A stretch of 64,000 bases of DNA, from positions 620,001 through 684,000 of the forward strand of contig JAPDFW010000011.1 of assembly GCA_028826165.1 (NCBI GenBank), in the 5' to 3' direction. The stretch comes from Anaeramoeba ignava BMAN. Taxonomy: Eukaryota > Protista > Anaeramoebae. The notes below the pieces were generated by a model, which was given only the letters and a program-made list of their open reading frames with translations, was not told the DNA's origin and searched no databases. The position numbers and the translations under genes were made by a program. Shown here piece by piece: positions 1 through 14,062 of this stretch (position 1 is the stretch's first letter; every line of letters starts with the position of its first letter).

Positions 1-392
1 TGAAAACAATTATCTTGATTTATATTTTTCATCAAAACTTCAACACAAATATCAACTAATCCTAAAATGATATATTTATCAGCAGCTCTTAAAACATCAA
101 AAACTGAATCACTATCAATATTGATTTCTCGAGTATAAACATATTCCATAACCTTAATAAAGGTTTCTGCTTGAAAATCAGGAACAACAACTTCTGCTAT
201 TCTTTTTTGTGAAACCTCTTTCCATTTTAATCCATAAAACATTGTTTGCCACATTTCACTTGATGATGCTAACACTAGTTTGTGTGCATATACTATTTTT
301 TTCTCTTCTCCACATATAAATTTCACATCTGCATATTTTTTATTGTTGATTAACTTTCTAAAAATATCTTCAATTTTTGGTAATTTTTCCAT
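1..392 (-). CDS. BTB/POZ domain protein (BTB-BACK-like), 3' end runs off window
   Basis: Manual translation from ATG at 392: MEKLPKIEDIFRKLINNKKYADVKFICGEEKKIVYAHKLVLASSSEMWQTMFYG...FIKVMEYVYT...VFDVLRAADKY. These are classic BTB motifs (aDV.F, aHk.vLa..S..f..mF). Not in the ORF track. Confidence 0.85.
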   Translation of the reverse strand, partial: MEKLPKIEDIFRKLINNKKYADVKFICGEEKKIVYAHKLVLASSSEMWQTMFYGLKWKEVSQKRIAEVVVPDFQAETFIKVMEYVYTREINIDSDSVFDVLRAADKYIILGLVDICVEVLMKNINQDNCF

Positions 393-479
393 TTTGTTAT
401 TTTGTATTTAAGATTTTACAAAAAAAAAATGAAAAAAAAAATGAATTTTAAAAAAATATCAAAAAGAAAGAACTTTTTA

Positions 480-1210
480 AAAATAATTTAAAATTTTAAA
501 TATTTGATTAAAAAATAATTCAAAAATTGATTTAATAATTGATTCAGAAATAATTCAAAAAATAATTCAAAAATTGATTCAAAAATAATTCAGAAATAAT
601 TCAGAAATTGATTTAATAATTGAAATTCAGAAATTGATTCAGAAATGGATTCAGAAATGGATTTAATAATTGATTTAATAATTGATTTAATAATTGATTC
701 AGAAATTGATTTAATAACTGATTCAAAAATAATTCAAAAATAATTCAAAAATAATTCAAAAATAATTCAAAAATAATTCAGAAATTGATTTAGAAATAAT
801 TCAAAAATTGATTTAATAATTGATTCAGAAATTGATTTAGAAATTGATTAAAAAATAATTCAGAAATTGATTTAGAAATTGATTAAAAAATAATTCAAAA
901 ATAATTCAAAAAATAATTAAAAAATAATTGATTCAGAAATAGATTCAGAAATTGATTTAATAATTGATTCAGAAATTGATTTAATAAATAATTCAAAAAT
1001 TGATTTGAAAATTGATTCAGAAATTGATTCAGAAATTGATTTAAAAATAATTCAGAAATTGATTTAATAATTGAAATTCAAAAATAATTCAGAAATGGAT
1101 TCAGAAATTGATTCAATAATTGATTCAAAAATTGATTCAGAAATTGATTTAATAATTGATTCAGAAATGGATTCAGAAATGGATTTAATAATTGAAATTC
1201 AGAAATGAAT
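480..1210. repeat. Degenerate ~12-bp minisatellite (aattgattcaga / aaaataattc)
   Basis: Tandem repeats visible directly in the intergenic region. Confidence 0.85.
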
Positions 1211-1266
1211 TTGGAAAATAAAAAGAAAATTGAAAAATAAAAAGAAGAAAGAAGAAATAGAAAAAT

Positions 1267-2350
1267 TCAAATATCAGCGAATATATCCAATTCAAGAAAA
1301 TTCATCAATTCACTTTGAATATCCTTAACCAAATCCAATTTCCAAACATCATTCAAATGTTTAAAAGAATGTTCACGTTCCATAAATTCACCACCAAAAA
1401 TAATAATTGAATTATTTAAAATAGTTGCATTATGACAACTTCTTCTTGGGATTTTGAAGTAAATTTTTTTCTTTTTCCATTTATTTTCAATCAAATCAAA
1501 CTCAAAGGTTTCATCAAAATCTTCTCTTTTTGAAGATAATCTATATTGCCCGCCGACAATTATCATTCTAGATTTGTAAAGAAGAGCAGTTGGAGAACTA
1601 CAAGGTGGAGGGATAAGAAAATCTGAAGGTAAGATAATTTTCCTCCAATGACAGAAATCCAAAGAATAAGAATAAAGATCATTGAGAGCATCTTCATTTA
1701 AATCAACTCCACCAAAGATGTATATTTGATTTTCAAACAAAACTCCAACATGCGATGATCTTTCTGCTGGCACTTCTCCAAATCCTTTCACTTCTCGCCA
1801 TTTTTTCTCATTTAATGTGTAATACCACATGTCGTTTGTTCGAACTCCATCATGGTTTAATCTTCCTCCAAATATTATCATCTCATCATTGTGGAAAAAT
1901 GCTACATGTGAATGTCTTCCTTTTGGTTCTTGTGGTAGTGATTTCCAATTGTATGTTTTTAAATCAAGTTCAAAAAAATCATCTAAAAAATCAAATATAA
2001 ATTAAATTATAAAATTATTTATAAAATTATTTATAAAAAATACCTAAATAAGAATTCAAATTATAACCACCAAAAACATAAATCTTTCCTTTATTAAACA
2101 AAGTAGTCATTCCATAACGAGGACAAGGAACTTTTCCAGTAGTTTCTAATCTTTTCCAAGAACGAGATTCAATATTTAAAATATGAATATCACTATTACA
2201 ACGGTAGCCACTCCATCCATACATAACTAAAATTTCACTATCACTAATCCCAACAAATCCTGATTTACAAGAATTATCAGGTTGATCAGTTGGATCCATT
2301 TCAACTTTATGCCAATTCCAAATATCAATATCTAATGATTTTTTATCCAT
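1267..2350 (-). CDS. Kelch-repeat beta-propeller protein; 2 exons (2350-2044, 1982-1267)
   Basis: Repeated (I/V)(Y/I)(I/V)FGG...ND.W motifs in ORFs 2027..2350 and 1267..1881. A 61-nt GT-AG intron at 1983-2043 joins them in frame (SYL-D-DFFELD). Confidence 0.88.
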
Positions 2351-2391
2351 TTAAAATTTAGAAAAAAAAAATGAAAAAAAAAATGAAAAAA

Positions 2392-3480
2392 ATTTATAAA
2401 ATTATTTATTAAATTATTTATAAAATTATTTATAAAATTATTTATAAAATTATATATAAAATTATTTATAAAATTATTTATAAATTTATTTATAAAATTA
2501 TTTATTAAATTATTTATAAAATTATTTATAAAATTATTTATAATATTAAATATAAAATTATTTATAAAATTAATTATAAAATTATTTATAAAATTAATTA
2601 TAAAATTATTTATAAAATTATATATAAAATTATTTATAAAATTATTTATAAAATTAAATATAAAATTATTTATAAAATTATTTATAAAATTATTTATAAA
2701 ATTATTTATAAAAATTAAATATTAAATTAATTATAAAATTATTTATAAAATTATTTATAAAATTAAATATAAAATTAATTATAAAATTATTTATAAAAAT
2801 TAAATATAAAATTATTTATTAAAATTATTTATAAAATTATTTATAAAAATTATATATAAAATTATTAATAAAATTATTTATAAAATTATTTATAAAATTA
2901 TTTATAAAATTATTTATAAAATTAAAATTTATAAAATCAATATTTATAAAATTATTTATAAAATTATTTATAAAATTATTTATAAAATTATTTATAAAAT
3001 TATTAATAAAAAATTATTTATAAAATTAAATATAAAAAATTATTAAAAATAAAATTAAATATAAAATTATTTATAAAATTATTTATAAAATTATTTATAA
3101 AATTATATATAAAATTATTAAAATTATTTATAAAATTATTTATAAAAAATTATTTATAAAAAATTATTATATAAAAAATTATTTAAAATTATTTTTATAA
3201 AATTATTTATAAAATTATTTATAAAATTATTTATAAAATTATTTATAAAATTATTTATAAAATTATTTATAAAATTATTTATAAAATTATTTATAAAATT
3301 ATTTATAAAATTATTTATAAAATTATTTATAAAATTATTTATAAAATTAATTATAAAATTATTTATAAAATTATTAATAAATTTATTTATAAAATTATTT
3401 ATAAAATTATTAATAAAATTATTTATAAAATTATTTATAAAATTATTTATAAAATTATTTATAAAATTATTAATAAAATT
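2392..3480. repeat. 12-bp tandem array (ttataaaattat)n
   Basis: About 1.1 kb of near-perfect, almost purely A/T 12-mer between divergent genes. Confidence 0.92.
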
Positions 3481-3637
3481 AATTAATAAATCTTAAAGGA
3501 AATTTCCCAAAAAGATAAAAAAAGGCAAAAAATTAAAAGCAAAAGAAAAAATTTTTTTTAATTTTCATTTTAATTTTTTTCATTTTTTTTCGTTTCTTTT
3601 TTTTTTTTATAAAATAATAATAAAAAAAAACTTGAAA

Positions 3638-6600
3638 ATGCAAAATAACAAAAATCCACTTCATAAAATTTTCGCAATTCATAAAAGTTGGATATACTTA
3701 TTATTAGAAAGAAATACTGATCAAAAAAAACAAAATCTCAAAAAATTCATTCATTTCTTTTATTCAACAATTAAAAACTCAAATATTAAATCAATTCCTT
3801 TACAATTTCCTTTTATTCAAAATTTTTTCAATGAAATGATCAATTATTTGTTATTAGATTTTCAAAAAGCATTAAAAAAAGTTTCAAAATCAAAATCAAA
3901 ATCAAAATCAGAATATTCTTTTGATAATTTTATTCAAAATCAAACAAATTTAGAAATTATGGAAATTATTTATCAATTTACATTAGAAAACAACTTTGTT
4001 TTCAAAGGATTGATTCAAATTCTATTTGCTTCATTAATTCTTTTTTCAGATGCTTCTTCTCCAAATATTCTATTCAAACCAGAAGATTTTCTTGGCGATG
4101 ATTTTGAATCTCAAATCAATCCCCAAAATTTATCACAAAATTCTTTCAATCAATCTCGAATTGATGGTCAAAATTCATTTGTTGTTCTTTCTCTTTTGAT
4201 TTTGGAAAATCTCACTAATATCGATTATCATCTCCAAGAATTTCTTCAAGAACCTCAGCTTTCAAATCTTTTCCATTTAATTGCATCTTCAAAATCACCT
4301 TTTGATGTCACTGCACAAATGCTGAGGATTTTAAAAGCAATTTTTCTCAAGCATCAAAGCTTCAAAAAACTCAACATCAATAAAATTGGCAAAATCAACG
4401 ATATTTCTTCAATTAACTCTGTTATCCGCCATCTTTTGTCTTCAATTTTCCAAATCCATTCAAAACCAATCATAGTCATCAATATTTTCAAGCTGTTTCT
4501 TTTTTCCTTCCAAAATTCATTGATCACATATTTCAGTGAAATATTCCATTCTTTCAGAAAAAACCACGGATATTCCATTTTATATCACACTCTACTTCAC
4601 TTTGCTTCCAGTCAAGAAAGACACCATTTCTTGCATCTGATCTCAATCTCTTTCCAATTTGTTTTTGTTTCTTGTCAGCCTCAAGATTCGGAATTCATCA
4701 TTTTTTCAAAGCAAACATTATGGAACAATTCAACTCAAGAAAAAGATCTCCGATATCTTTATTCAATCAACATGATTCTCCATATTTTCAAAAATCACTC
4801 AATTTCTTGGGAAATTGAAGACAAAATACTTGGGCTGATCGATAACATTCGCGGAATTAATCCAAATATCTATAAACTACTCAATTTTAATATTATTGAT
4901 TTTATTTGCAATAATTTCCAAAACCATAAAAAATCAACTCAAGAAAAAATTTTGGATTTCATCAAATTCTTGATTCTTCTTGATAACAGCTCGTTTAATC
5001 TTAAACCTTATTGCAAACTTCTATCTCCAAAATATAGTGAATCTGTAAGTATTCAAATTGCATTGCATATTGCGGAAATGATTCCTTTGAATCCGAGATT
5101 TGAAGAATATTTGCGAGTTGGAGGAGTTGTCAATTTTATTGTTGCTAGATTTTTATCAGAATGCCAAAAACTCAAACCGTTGATTGATTCTTTTTTGAAA
5201 AATCAATCAAAGCAAGTTTATTCATGATTTTTCTGATTTGTTCATTCAAGATGATTTAAATGAAAATCAAATTAAAAATGAAAATCAAATTAAAAATGAA
5301 AATCAAATTGAAAAACCAAGTTCTTTATTATTAGAAACTTTAATTAGATTACTATACTCAATACTTAAAGCAAACCCTGAAAATATTATTACATTCACAA
5401 AAAAACAAGCAATAAATATAATATCTGATCTTCTAGAAATCCCCAAATTTAGAAATGAAATTTTTACAAATTTTGTTGATCTTGTTCTTGTTGATTCAGA
5501 ATACCTTAGTTTGCTAATTCTTGATTTAATATCAAACTTCTCTAAATCAAATTCATTTCCAAATTTGTTTGTTACAACTTTACAAAAGAGAATTGATATA
5601 CTTTCTTTATTCTCAATATTTGTTGTTTCAGATCAAAAATTCCAAAATGTTTTCAGAGAAAACAATATCTTCTCCATTCTACAGCAAATTTTCACAGAAA
5701 CAACTCAACAATTCACATCATTTTCGTCTGAAGAATACGAAGAAATTGAATATGCATCAATTTCCTTTTGGCTTTTTGTTGATAACGCATTTCGTTTTCT
5801 TGCAATTCTTTTGTATAACAATACAACAAATCAAGAAATTGTCGATCAAGGATGTCCTTTAAAAGATCTTATTGAAGTTCTCAACAAAACTAGAATATTC
5901 GAAAACAAATCAAACTTCATTATTCTTGTGGATTCTCTTATTAATCTTGCATTTACTGGCCAAATACAAAGATTTTATCAATTTACAGAAGAACAAGATC
6001 TGGATATCCAACAAAATATCCCCATTTTCACAAAGAATATGATAGATTTCTTCAAATATCATCTCATTATCCACAATAATTCTGATTCGTTGTTTTCCGT
6101 CACTTCAATTCTTCTAAAATACAACAAAGGATATATTTCGAATTTCTATCAAAACTTCCAAGAAATGAAAAATCACAATTTAAATCAAAATGAATTCCAC
6201 AAAAAACAATTTTCATCTTTGATAGAAATTCTTTTTTATGACAACAAGCATCCAAAACAAAAAATCCCACAAATCGAATTTCCTCAGCTTTGCAATTATG
6301 TTTTCAAAATATTTTCTAAACAAATCAAATCCCAAGTCATTTCCATAGAAACAATTCAGCCCGTGATCGAAAACCTTATACTCTATTCACAACATGAAAC
6401 AAATCGATATTCTGTCGCGAATTCTGCTTTTCTTTCCTCAATATTTGATAAATACTCCAAAATCATAATGGCATCTTCTCATCCTTTACAAGAAAAAATA
6501 TTTCAACTTATCGAACATTTTGGTTGTTGCTCGATTAGTGTTCTTGAAATCAAAAAATTGTTTTCTTTTTTTAAAGAAAAATCCTTTCCAATTAAAATAC

Positions 6601-9600
6601 TTGACATTTTAACCAAAATGAATAAATTCCCAACTTCTCCAGAAGATTATTTCAGTATCCAAGTATCTCCAGCAAACACAAACGGAAAAATTGTAGTGAA
6701 AAATATTGGAAGTATTTTCAATTCACAAGAAAATATTACAATCAGTTTCTGGTTCTCTTTTTTTGAGCAAGTACCTCATTCTTATAAACCTCTTATCAGT
6801 TTTATCAAACATTCAAAGAAACAAAACCAAAAAGAATCTGTTTTGCAAATATCACTGAATATCCAATCCAAACTCGAAGTTATTATTAAAAACAAACAAA
6901 ATTCCAAAAAAATTATTTTTGAAGAATCACATTTCCAAGAATCAAAATGGAATCATGTTGTTCTCTGCTTCTCGAAGAAGAAAATAAATTCGGCTGAAAA
7001 TGCAGACAATATCGCATTATTCATTAACGGAAGAAAAACAACAAACACAAATTTCTCATTTGAAATCAAAAAAAATTTAATCAACTCACTTTGTTTTGGA
7101 GGGAAAAGTGGAACAACTTCCTTTCAAAATTATCATCTTTATCTTGCAAATGCACACATTTTCTCTCATCAATTAACTGAAAAAGATGCCTTAAATTTGT
7201 ATTTCTTGGGCTTTGATTACATGGTTCATTCTTTTAATAGTTCTGATGACCATGTTTTTCCTTTTCGTAAAATAGATATTTCTGATTCAAATCAAATCCC
7301 AATCCACGAAGATTTTTTATCCATCTCATCTCTTGAGAAATTACGAGAAAATTTGCTATTTTCGTTATATTTGAAGAAGGAAGCATATTTGATTTTGAGA
7401 CCAATTGAAAAAACAGCAAAAAACCAAGAACAAAATTTGGAAACAACTTATAACTCAAAAGATTCAGATCAAATTGTACAAGAACAAATTCATCTCAAAA
7501 ATTCACATACAAAAATAATCCATAAAATAACAGCAAAAGAGGCAATTGATTCTATTGGAGGAATATTTTCAATTGTTTATTTTCTTGCTTCTTCATTATT
7601 TAGAACGAAGAAATATCAACAAAAAAGTTTGGAATTTTTAATAGCTTTTCTTGAAAATAATATAGAAAATTTAAGAGAAATGAAAAATTCAAAATTATAT
7701 CAAATAATTGCAAGGATTCTTTCTAATGATGAATGGGAAATTGATTCAAAAATTCTTGAGTATTGTTTTGAAATTTGTGGTGTTGTTCAAAATGAAATAG
7801 AAAATCAAAATGAAAATGAAAATGAAAATATATCAACTTCATTCCCAAATAATTTAATACTCAATAAATCTGCATTTAAACATTTGATTTTGAATTGGCA
7901 AATTTGGAGAAGAGCTGGGAAAGATGTTCAAATCAAATTATTCTCAACAATTTTAAATATAATGAAAAACAAAAAGAACGAATACATAATTTTCAATGTA
8001 AAATTTTTAAAAAAATTGAATATTCTTGTTAAATTATTAAGTATTTTCAGAGATGATCCAATTCTTGATCCAACTGTTAATGATATAATTGTTGGAATAA
8101 TGGAAAAATTCACACAAAAAAAGGAAGATTATGAAGCAGTTTTCAGTTATATTATTGAAACACATCATCGACCTTCTCGTGTTAAAATGATATCAATAGC
8201 TCCAACACAAACCAAAATTGTAGAAAGTAGACCTACAACTTTGGAAATACCAGAAGAAATAAAAGAAAATATTACTTCAAAACCAAGTTATGCATCTTTA
8301 AGAAGACGCAAACTAAGTAAAAGAGTGTCTTCTTTCAGATCATTTTCTGTTGAATTCGAGAAGCAAATTATTAGAAAGAAACCAATGAATTTTTCGCAAG
8401 AATCACTTGTTTCAAATCTTCTTGAAAAAGGATTAGAAGAAGAAAATATTCCGAATAAAAATAAGAATAATAATAATAATAATATTCCGAATAAGAATAA
8501 TAATAATAAGAATAATAATAATAATAATATTTCGAATCTGACTATTAATATCAGTAGCATCGATAATGATAACGATGATAACAGTAATGTTAATAATGAT
8601 AGTAATGTTAATAATGATAGTAATGTTAATAATGATAGTAATAATAATAACAACAACAACAACGATGAATCTCCTTATGATCATTCATTAACAAGAATTT
8701 CTGTGATGAGAATGTTTGTTAAAAAAATCCAGAAAGAAGTTAACCGAAATGAAGAAGTTAATGCTTTTCTATCAAATTTATCACCTTTTCTTGTAATTTC
8801 ATTAATTCACCACATTTCAGATGAAACTAGACTTCTTTTTGTCAGATTAATTAGTTCAATTATTAGTTTCAAACCCGTTCTTCAATCTTTTGTTGATTCC
8901 TGTTCTCTTGATGTTTTAGGTTTCCAACTTCAACAATTTCCAACAAAATTTGAACTATTTGATGAATTATTTTTGATGCTTTTCCAAAACACAATTCTAA
9001 CTCCTATTTTTATGATTGCGGCAAGTACAATTGATAAAATGCATCAATTTAATGTGATAAAAACTATTAGAGGAATGTTTAATCAAAATCATCAGAAAGA
9101 ATATATCGAGAAAGGGATTATAGAGCATGTTTGTGAATTCTTAATAGTTTTCCAAGAAGAACGTGAAATGAGTAAAACAAAAAATCAATTTAATCAAAGT
9201 TTCAATTTTGAAAATGAAAATTTAAATCAAAATCAAAATGAAAATGAAAATGAAAATGAAAATGAAAATGAAAATGAAAATGAAAGTGAAAGTGAAAGTG
9301 AAAGTGAGGATAATATCGAAGAGGAAATTATCGAAAAATCTATTATGCAATTTAGTGAACAAAATTCAAAAAATAAACCAAATCAAACAAGCCAAAATCA
9401 CATCTCAATGTTCACAGTTTCTTTAAAAGCATTAGCAAAATTAAAATCAATGAAATCAACTTCCCAAAAAAAATCCAAAAAAGACAAGGAATTTGATATT
9501 GAACAGGAAATCATATTATTATTGATTGATATTTGTGAGTATGGCTGCAAAATTCCAGGAGGAATTCAAGATATTGTAATGAAAGTATTTTGCCATTTAA

Positions 9601-12600
9601 CATGCATTCCAAATTTTAGCAATAAACAAATTAGGGAATATCAACAACAAATTGCGATTGCTTTGATCATTTTATTTCACACAGATCTCCAAAAACAAAT
9701 CAAAGAAATTGATGAAATTTTCATTTCAAACTTTATTGGGAAATACAATTTGATAACGGATTTAGTTTTGTTTTGGATCAAAAGTAAATATTTTTCACCA
9801 CAAGAAGAAATAAAATCACCACCTCCACTTTCCACACCAGTAACACCAAGATTACAAAGAAAAAACCAAACAAATCAAATTCAATTCTTTTTAAATAATT
9901 CAAGATCAACACCATCAATTGATGATGAATTAAAAAAAGATCCAAAAAAAGAAAATAAAATGGATTTTTCGAAATTAAGATTTTCTGATAGTAAACTGAA
10001 AAAGGAAAAACAGGGATTTTCATCACTGAAAGAAAAGCTATTTTTCCAACATTTGTTTGATATTCTTTCTTTTCAATTCCGAATTTTAAACGAAATGAGC
10101 AACTCAAATTCCAAATCAATCAAAAATATCAAAGAGTATATTTACAAAAACATTAAAAAATTAACATATGCATTTATGGATTCCACAAATCCGCAAGAAT
10201 TCCATGAATTCATCATAAATTACCTTGCAACAAACGAAGATTTCTTCACATTGATTATTGAAGCCAAAGAAACATCTGCGATATTTGGCTATTTGATCTC
10301 TCAAATCCAATCACCAAAAAATTCCAATTTGGGAAACAATCTCCGATTTCTATTTTTGAAAGCATTGAAAAATAGGAAGTACTCAAATAACATTATTGGT
10401 TCATCCTCAAGGAAAAGGAAAAAACTCGAATTGCAATTCAAAAATAATTACAAACAGATCATTTTGTTTTGTACAGAAACTAAAGCACTGCTTCTCATCA
10501 AAAATGAATTTACTGAATTTAAAAATTTCCAACAGAAATTCAAAGAAATGGCAACAAAAATTGTGCAAAACCGAAACGAATACCAATCCAAAATCAAGAA
10601 AACACGAAACCAAGCAATAAATGTTTTATTTCAAAAGCAAGATGAACTCAGAAAGAATGCAATGAATAAATTCCGCAAAATTGTTGATCGAGAATCATTC
10701 ATTTCCGAGAAATGGATCCATTTATACGAACAAATGACACACGAAAGAGGAGTTTGGAATCCTCCTGAAAAATTAATTTTATTTGAAATTGATGAGACAG
10801 AATGTCCAAACAGAACAAGAAGAAGACTGAAAAAAAGATTTATTGATATGAAAAAATTCGACAATCATTTAGTCAAGTTTGATTCGCCTCATAATCCCTT
10901 TGATTTTGATAATGGAGCCTTAAAAACGCTATTTTCAAATCGGCAAGAGTTTCGCAAAAAATATTTACAGATGAAAAAAACACCCAAAAATTCTATTGAT
11001 TATTCTCGCGTTCTTAATAATTTCATCATTCAAAATTATCTTTATGAAAAAAGAAAGCAAGGATTTGAAACCGAAATTGAAAAGGATAAAATATTCCCCA
11101 GTAACAAACAAAAACAAGAACAAATCGAGAAAGAAAATATTGAAGATGAAAAAGAAAACGAAGATTTGCAATATATCAACCGAAAAAGACAGAAAATATT
11201 AAGAAATTCTGAGATTAATCCCAAAAAGATCCTGAAAAAATTAACAAAATTCAATATTCTCAGTTATCAAGTGTTGCTATCAGGAAGTCGGGAATTTTTA
11301 CTGAATGTGAAAAATGCATTATTATCTGATGAGACTGTGCAATTCTCGATAAAATGTGTGCGAATTCAATTAATTACGGAATATTTTGGAGATCTACTTC
11401 TATCTGATAAGAAAATACATTTTTTCATTGAAGAGTTTTCTGAACTCTCCATAACAGGAGAATTAGTCACAAAGAAAAGCCCAAATATAAACAATCACTT
11501 GGCAATTTTGTATTCAGAAATAAGAGAGATTCACAAACGAAGATATTTATTAAGAAATGTTGGAATTGAGTTCTTTTTAACAACTGGAAAAACACTGTTT
11601 TTTGCATTTGAAAAAGTGAATCAAAGAGAAGAAGTGTTTGAGAAAATATTGAGCCACGAATTGCCGCATTACATTGATTACGAATCATCCAAAATCGGAT
11701 CAGCACTGAGAAAATCTGTGAAGAAACTCTGGGAAAACCACAAGATTAGTAACTTTGCATATTTAATGCATTTGAACACATTATCAGGAAGAACATACAA
11801 TGATTTGGCGCAATATCCAGTATTTCCAAATATTCTGAAAGAAATCAATTTCGCAAAAACTAACATTCATGATCTGAAAGCATTTCGCGATATCACAAGA
11901 CCAATGGGCGCTCAAACAGAAGAACAAGTTATTTTTGCTCAAAGACATTATAACGAGCTTGTGAGAAATGATGAAATTGGGTATCATTACGGAACCCATT
12001 ACTCAAATCCAGGAACTGTACTTTTCTTTATGGTCCGTTTGGAGCCATTTGCATCTTTGCTTGTAAATTTTCAAAGCGGAAGATTTGATCTTCCTGATCG
12101 TTTATTTTCCTCAATATCGAAAATGTGGAAACAAACATCTGTGGTGCAATCAAACACCTTGAAAGAACTGATTCCCGAATTTTTCTTTCTTCCTGAATTA
12201 CTACTGAATCTGAACGGATATAATTTAGGAATCAACCACAATGGACATCTAATTGATCATGCCTTTTTGAGCGATTTTCATATGAATGATCCTCGGTTAT
12301 TAACTAAAATATATGCGGAGGCGCTTGAATCTCCTTATATTTCGGAAAATATTAATTCATGGATTGATTTGATATTTGGATACAAACAAAGAGGCCCAAG
12401 AGCAGTCGAATATTACAATGCGTTCCATCCAAATACTTACGAAGGAGGAATTGATATCGACTCAATTGAAGATGAAGCAGAAAAAAAAGGACTTATTACT
12501 GTGATCCAAAATTTCGGACAAACTCCGATCCAAATTTTTAAGAAACAGCACACAAAAAGAAAACTTATGATTTCAAGAGAAGACGAGCATCAATTCAAAG

Positions 12601-13862
12601 AAAATTTGGATTTTGTTTATTTGGAAAATAACAGCAGTGCTGATTCGCTAATCAACGACAGTGATAATACTGATAACGAAATTCCGACAAATGATATCCG
12701 CATTGAATACGATAAAAATACAAATTCTGGGATTGATTCAACAACAAGTGCAAATGAGGCTGAATCAAATATTGAAGAATCAAAAAGTGGAGTTGATTTG
12801 AATATTTCTAGTGAAAATCAAAATCAAAATCAAAATCACAATCAAAATATGAAAGAACTTCTTTCAAGAGAATTTGTCACAAGTTACCATAATCAACACC
12901 ATTTATTATCAAATTATCAATTACTATCGCCAATTGATTTCAAAAAAACAAGCTCATCAATTCAAGAAATTGTTTCAAAAGGAAAAAGCATCATCATTGT
13001 TCACAAAAACACTTGTGTGATTAATCCTGAGAAAGAAATGGTTGTGAAATGGAAAGAATTTGAGAGCGTATTCAAATTATCACCATCAAATAAATCAGAT
13101 CGAGTTTTACTAACATTTGGAGAAAATATTGATGATATTATTTATTGTTGCACAACTCCTACAGATGGGAGTATACTTGTCTCAGGCGGAAAAAAAGGGA
13201 TTGTATATGTCTGGGAAATCATTCGTTCGCAAAAGAAAATCATAGGGTTTAAGCTTAAAGATAAATTGTTTGGACACTCTGATTCAATTTTGAAAATTGT
13301 TGCATCTTCTGAATTTCATGTGATTTTGAGTGCCTCACTTGATGGAACTGTTATTGTTTGGGATATGAACTCCTTGTCTTGTTCGTTTTCATTGGAAAAT
13401 AATGTTGGTCCGGTTTCTACGCTTGCAATAAGTGAGATTACTGGTGATATTGTTACTTTTTCATCAAAATTTTATTCCAAAAAAAAAAATTTTGATTTTG
13501 ATTCTCCAAGAAATATAAACACACTGAATTTGTGGACAATCAATGGGCATCTTATAACAACAAAAAGGTTGTCTTCGAATTCAAAAGGTTTCATTCGTTC
13601 AGCTATTTTCAGTTCAGCTGATTTTGGAACTTCAAGAAATTTGATTTTTACTGGAACTCAGAGTGGAAATATTGATATTTGGGATGCTTTTGATTTGTCT
13701 CATCTTTTTACTATAGAAATTGGCTCAAATGTTCCTATTACTACACTACATTATGCTCCTCAATTAAATGGTGTTTATTCTGGTGATTCTGAAGGTCTTT
13801 TAGAAATGTGGGGAATTAGTGGAAGAAATGATAAAAATTTATCAAGAAAATCAATTAAATGA
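3638..13862 (+). CDS. Large BEACH-domain protein (LYST/Lvs-like): ARM/helical - ConA-like - PH - BEACH - WD40; one +1 frameshift near 5200-5225
   Basis: BEACH motifs ISNFAYLMHLNTLSGRTYNDLAQYPVFP, HYGTHYS, KELIPEFF, WIDLIFGYKQRG, FGQTP. Upstream PH (RRYLLRNVGIEFF), C-terminal WD40s and a ConA-like TISFWF...WNHVVL segment. ORF 3632..5227 abuts 5238..13862 in a shifted frame. Confidence 0.9.
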
Positions 13863-14062
13863 TTTAAATTTTTTTAATAATATTATTATTATTAATAATA
13901 ATGTATTTGGGAAATTGTTTCCAAAACAAAAAAAAGAAAGAATTTTTTTTTTTAATAAAAAAAAACCAAAATTTTATTTGCTTTTTTTTTAATTTCATTT
14001 TTTTTCATTTTTTTTCATTTTTTTTCATTTTTTAGTTTTTATTATTATTATTATTATTTAAA

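Noticed and set aside
5216-5250. A 35-nt GT-AG mini-intron explaining the BEACH ORF break
   Set aside because: Splicing it does not restore the downstream frame, so a 1-bp indel is more parsimonious.
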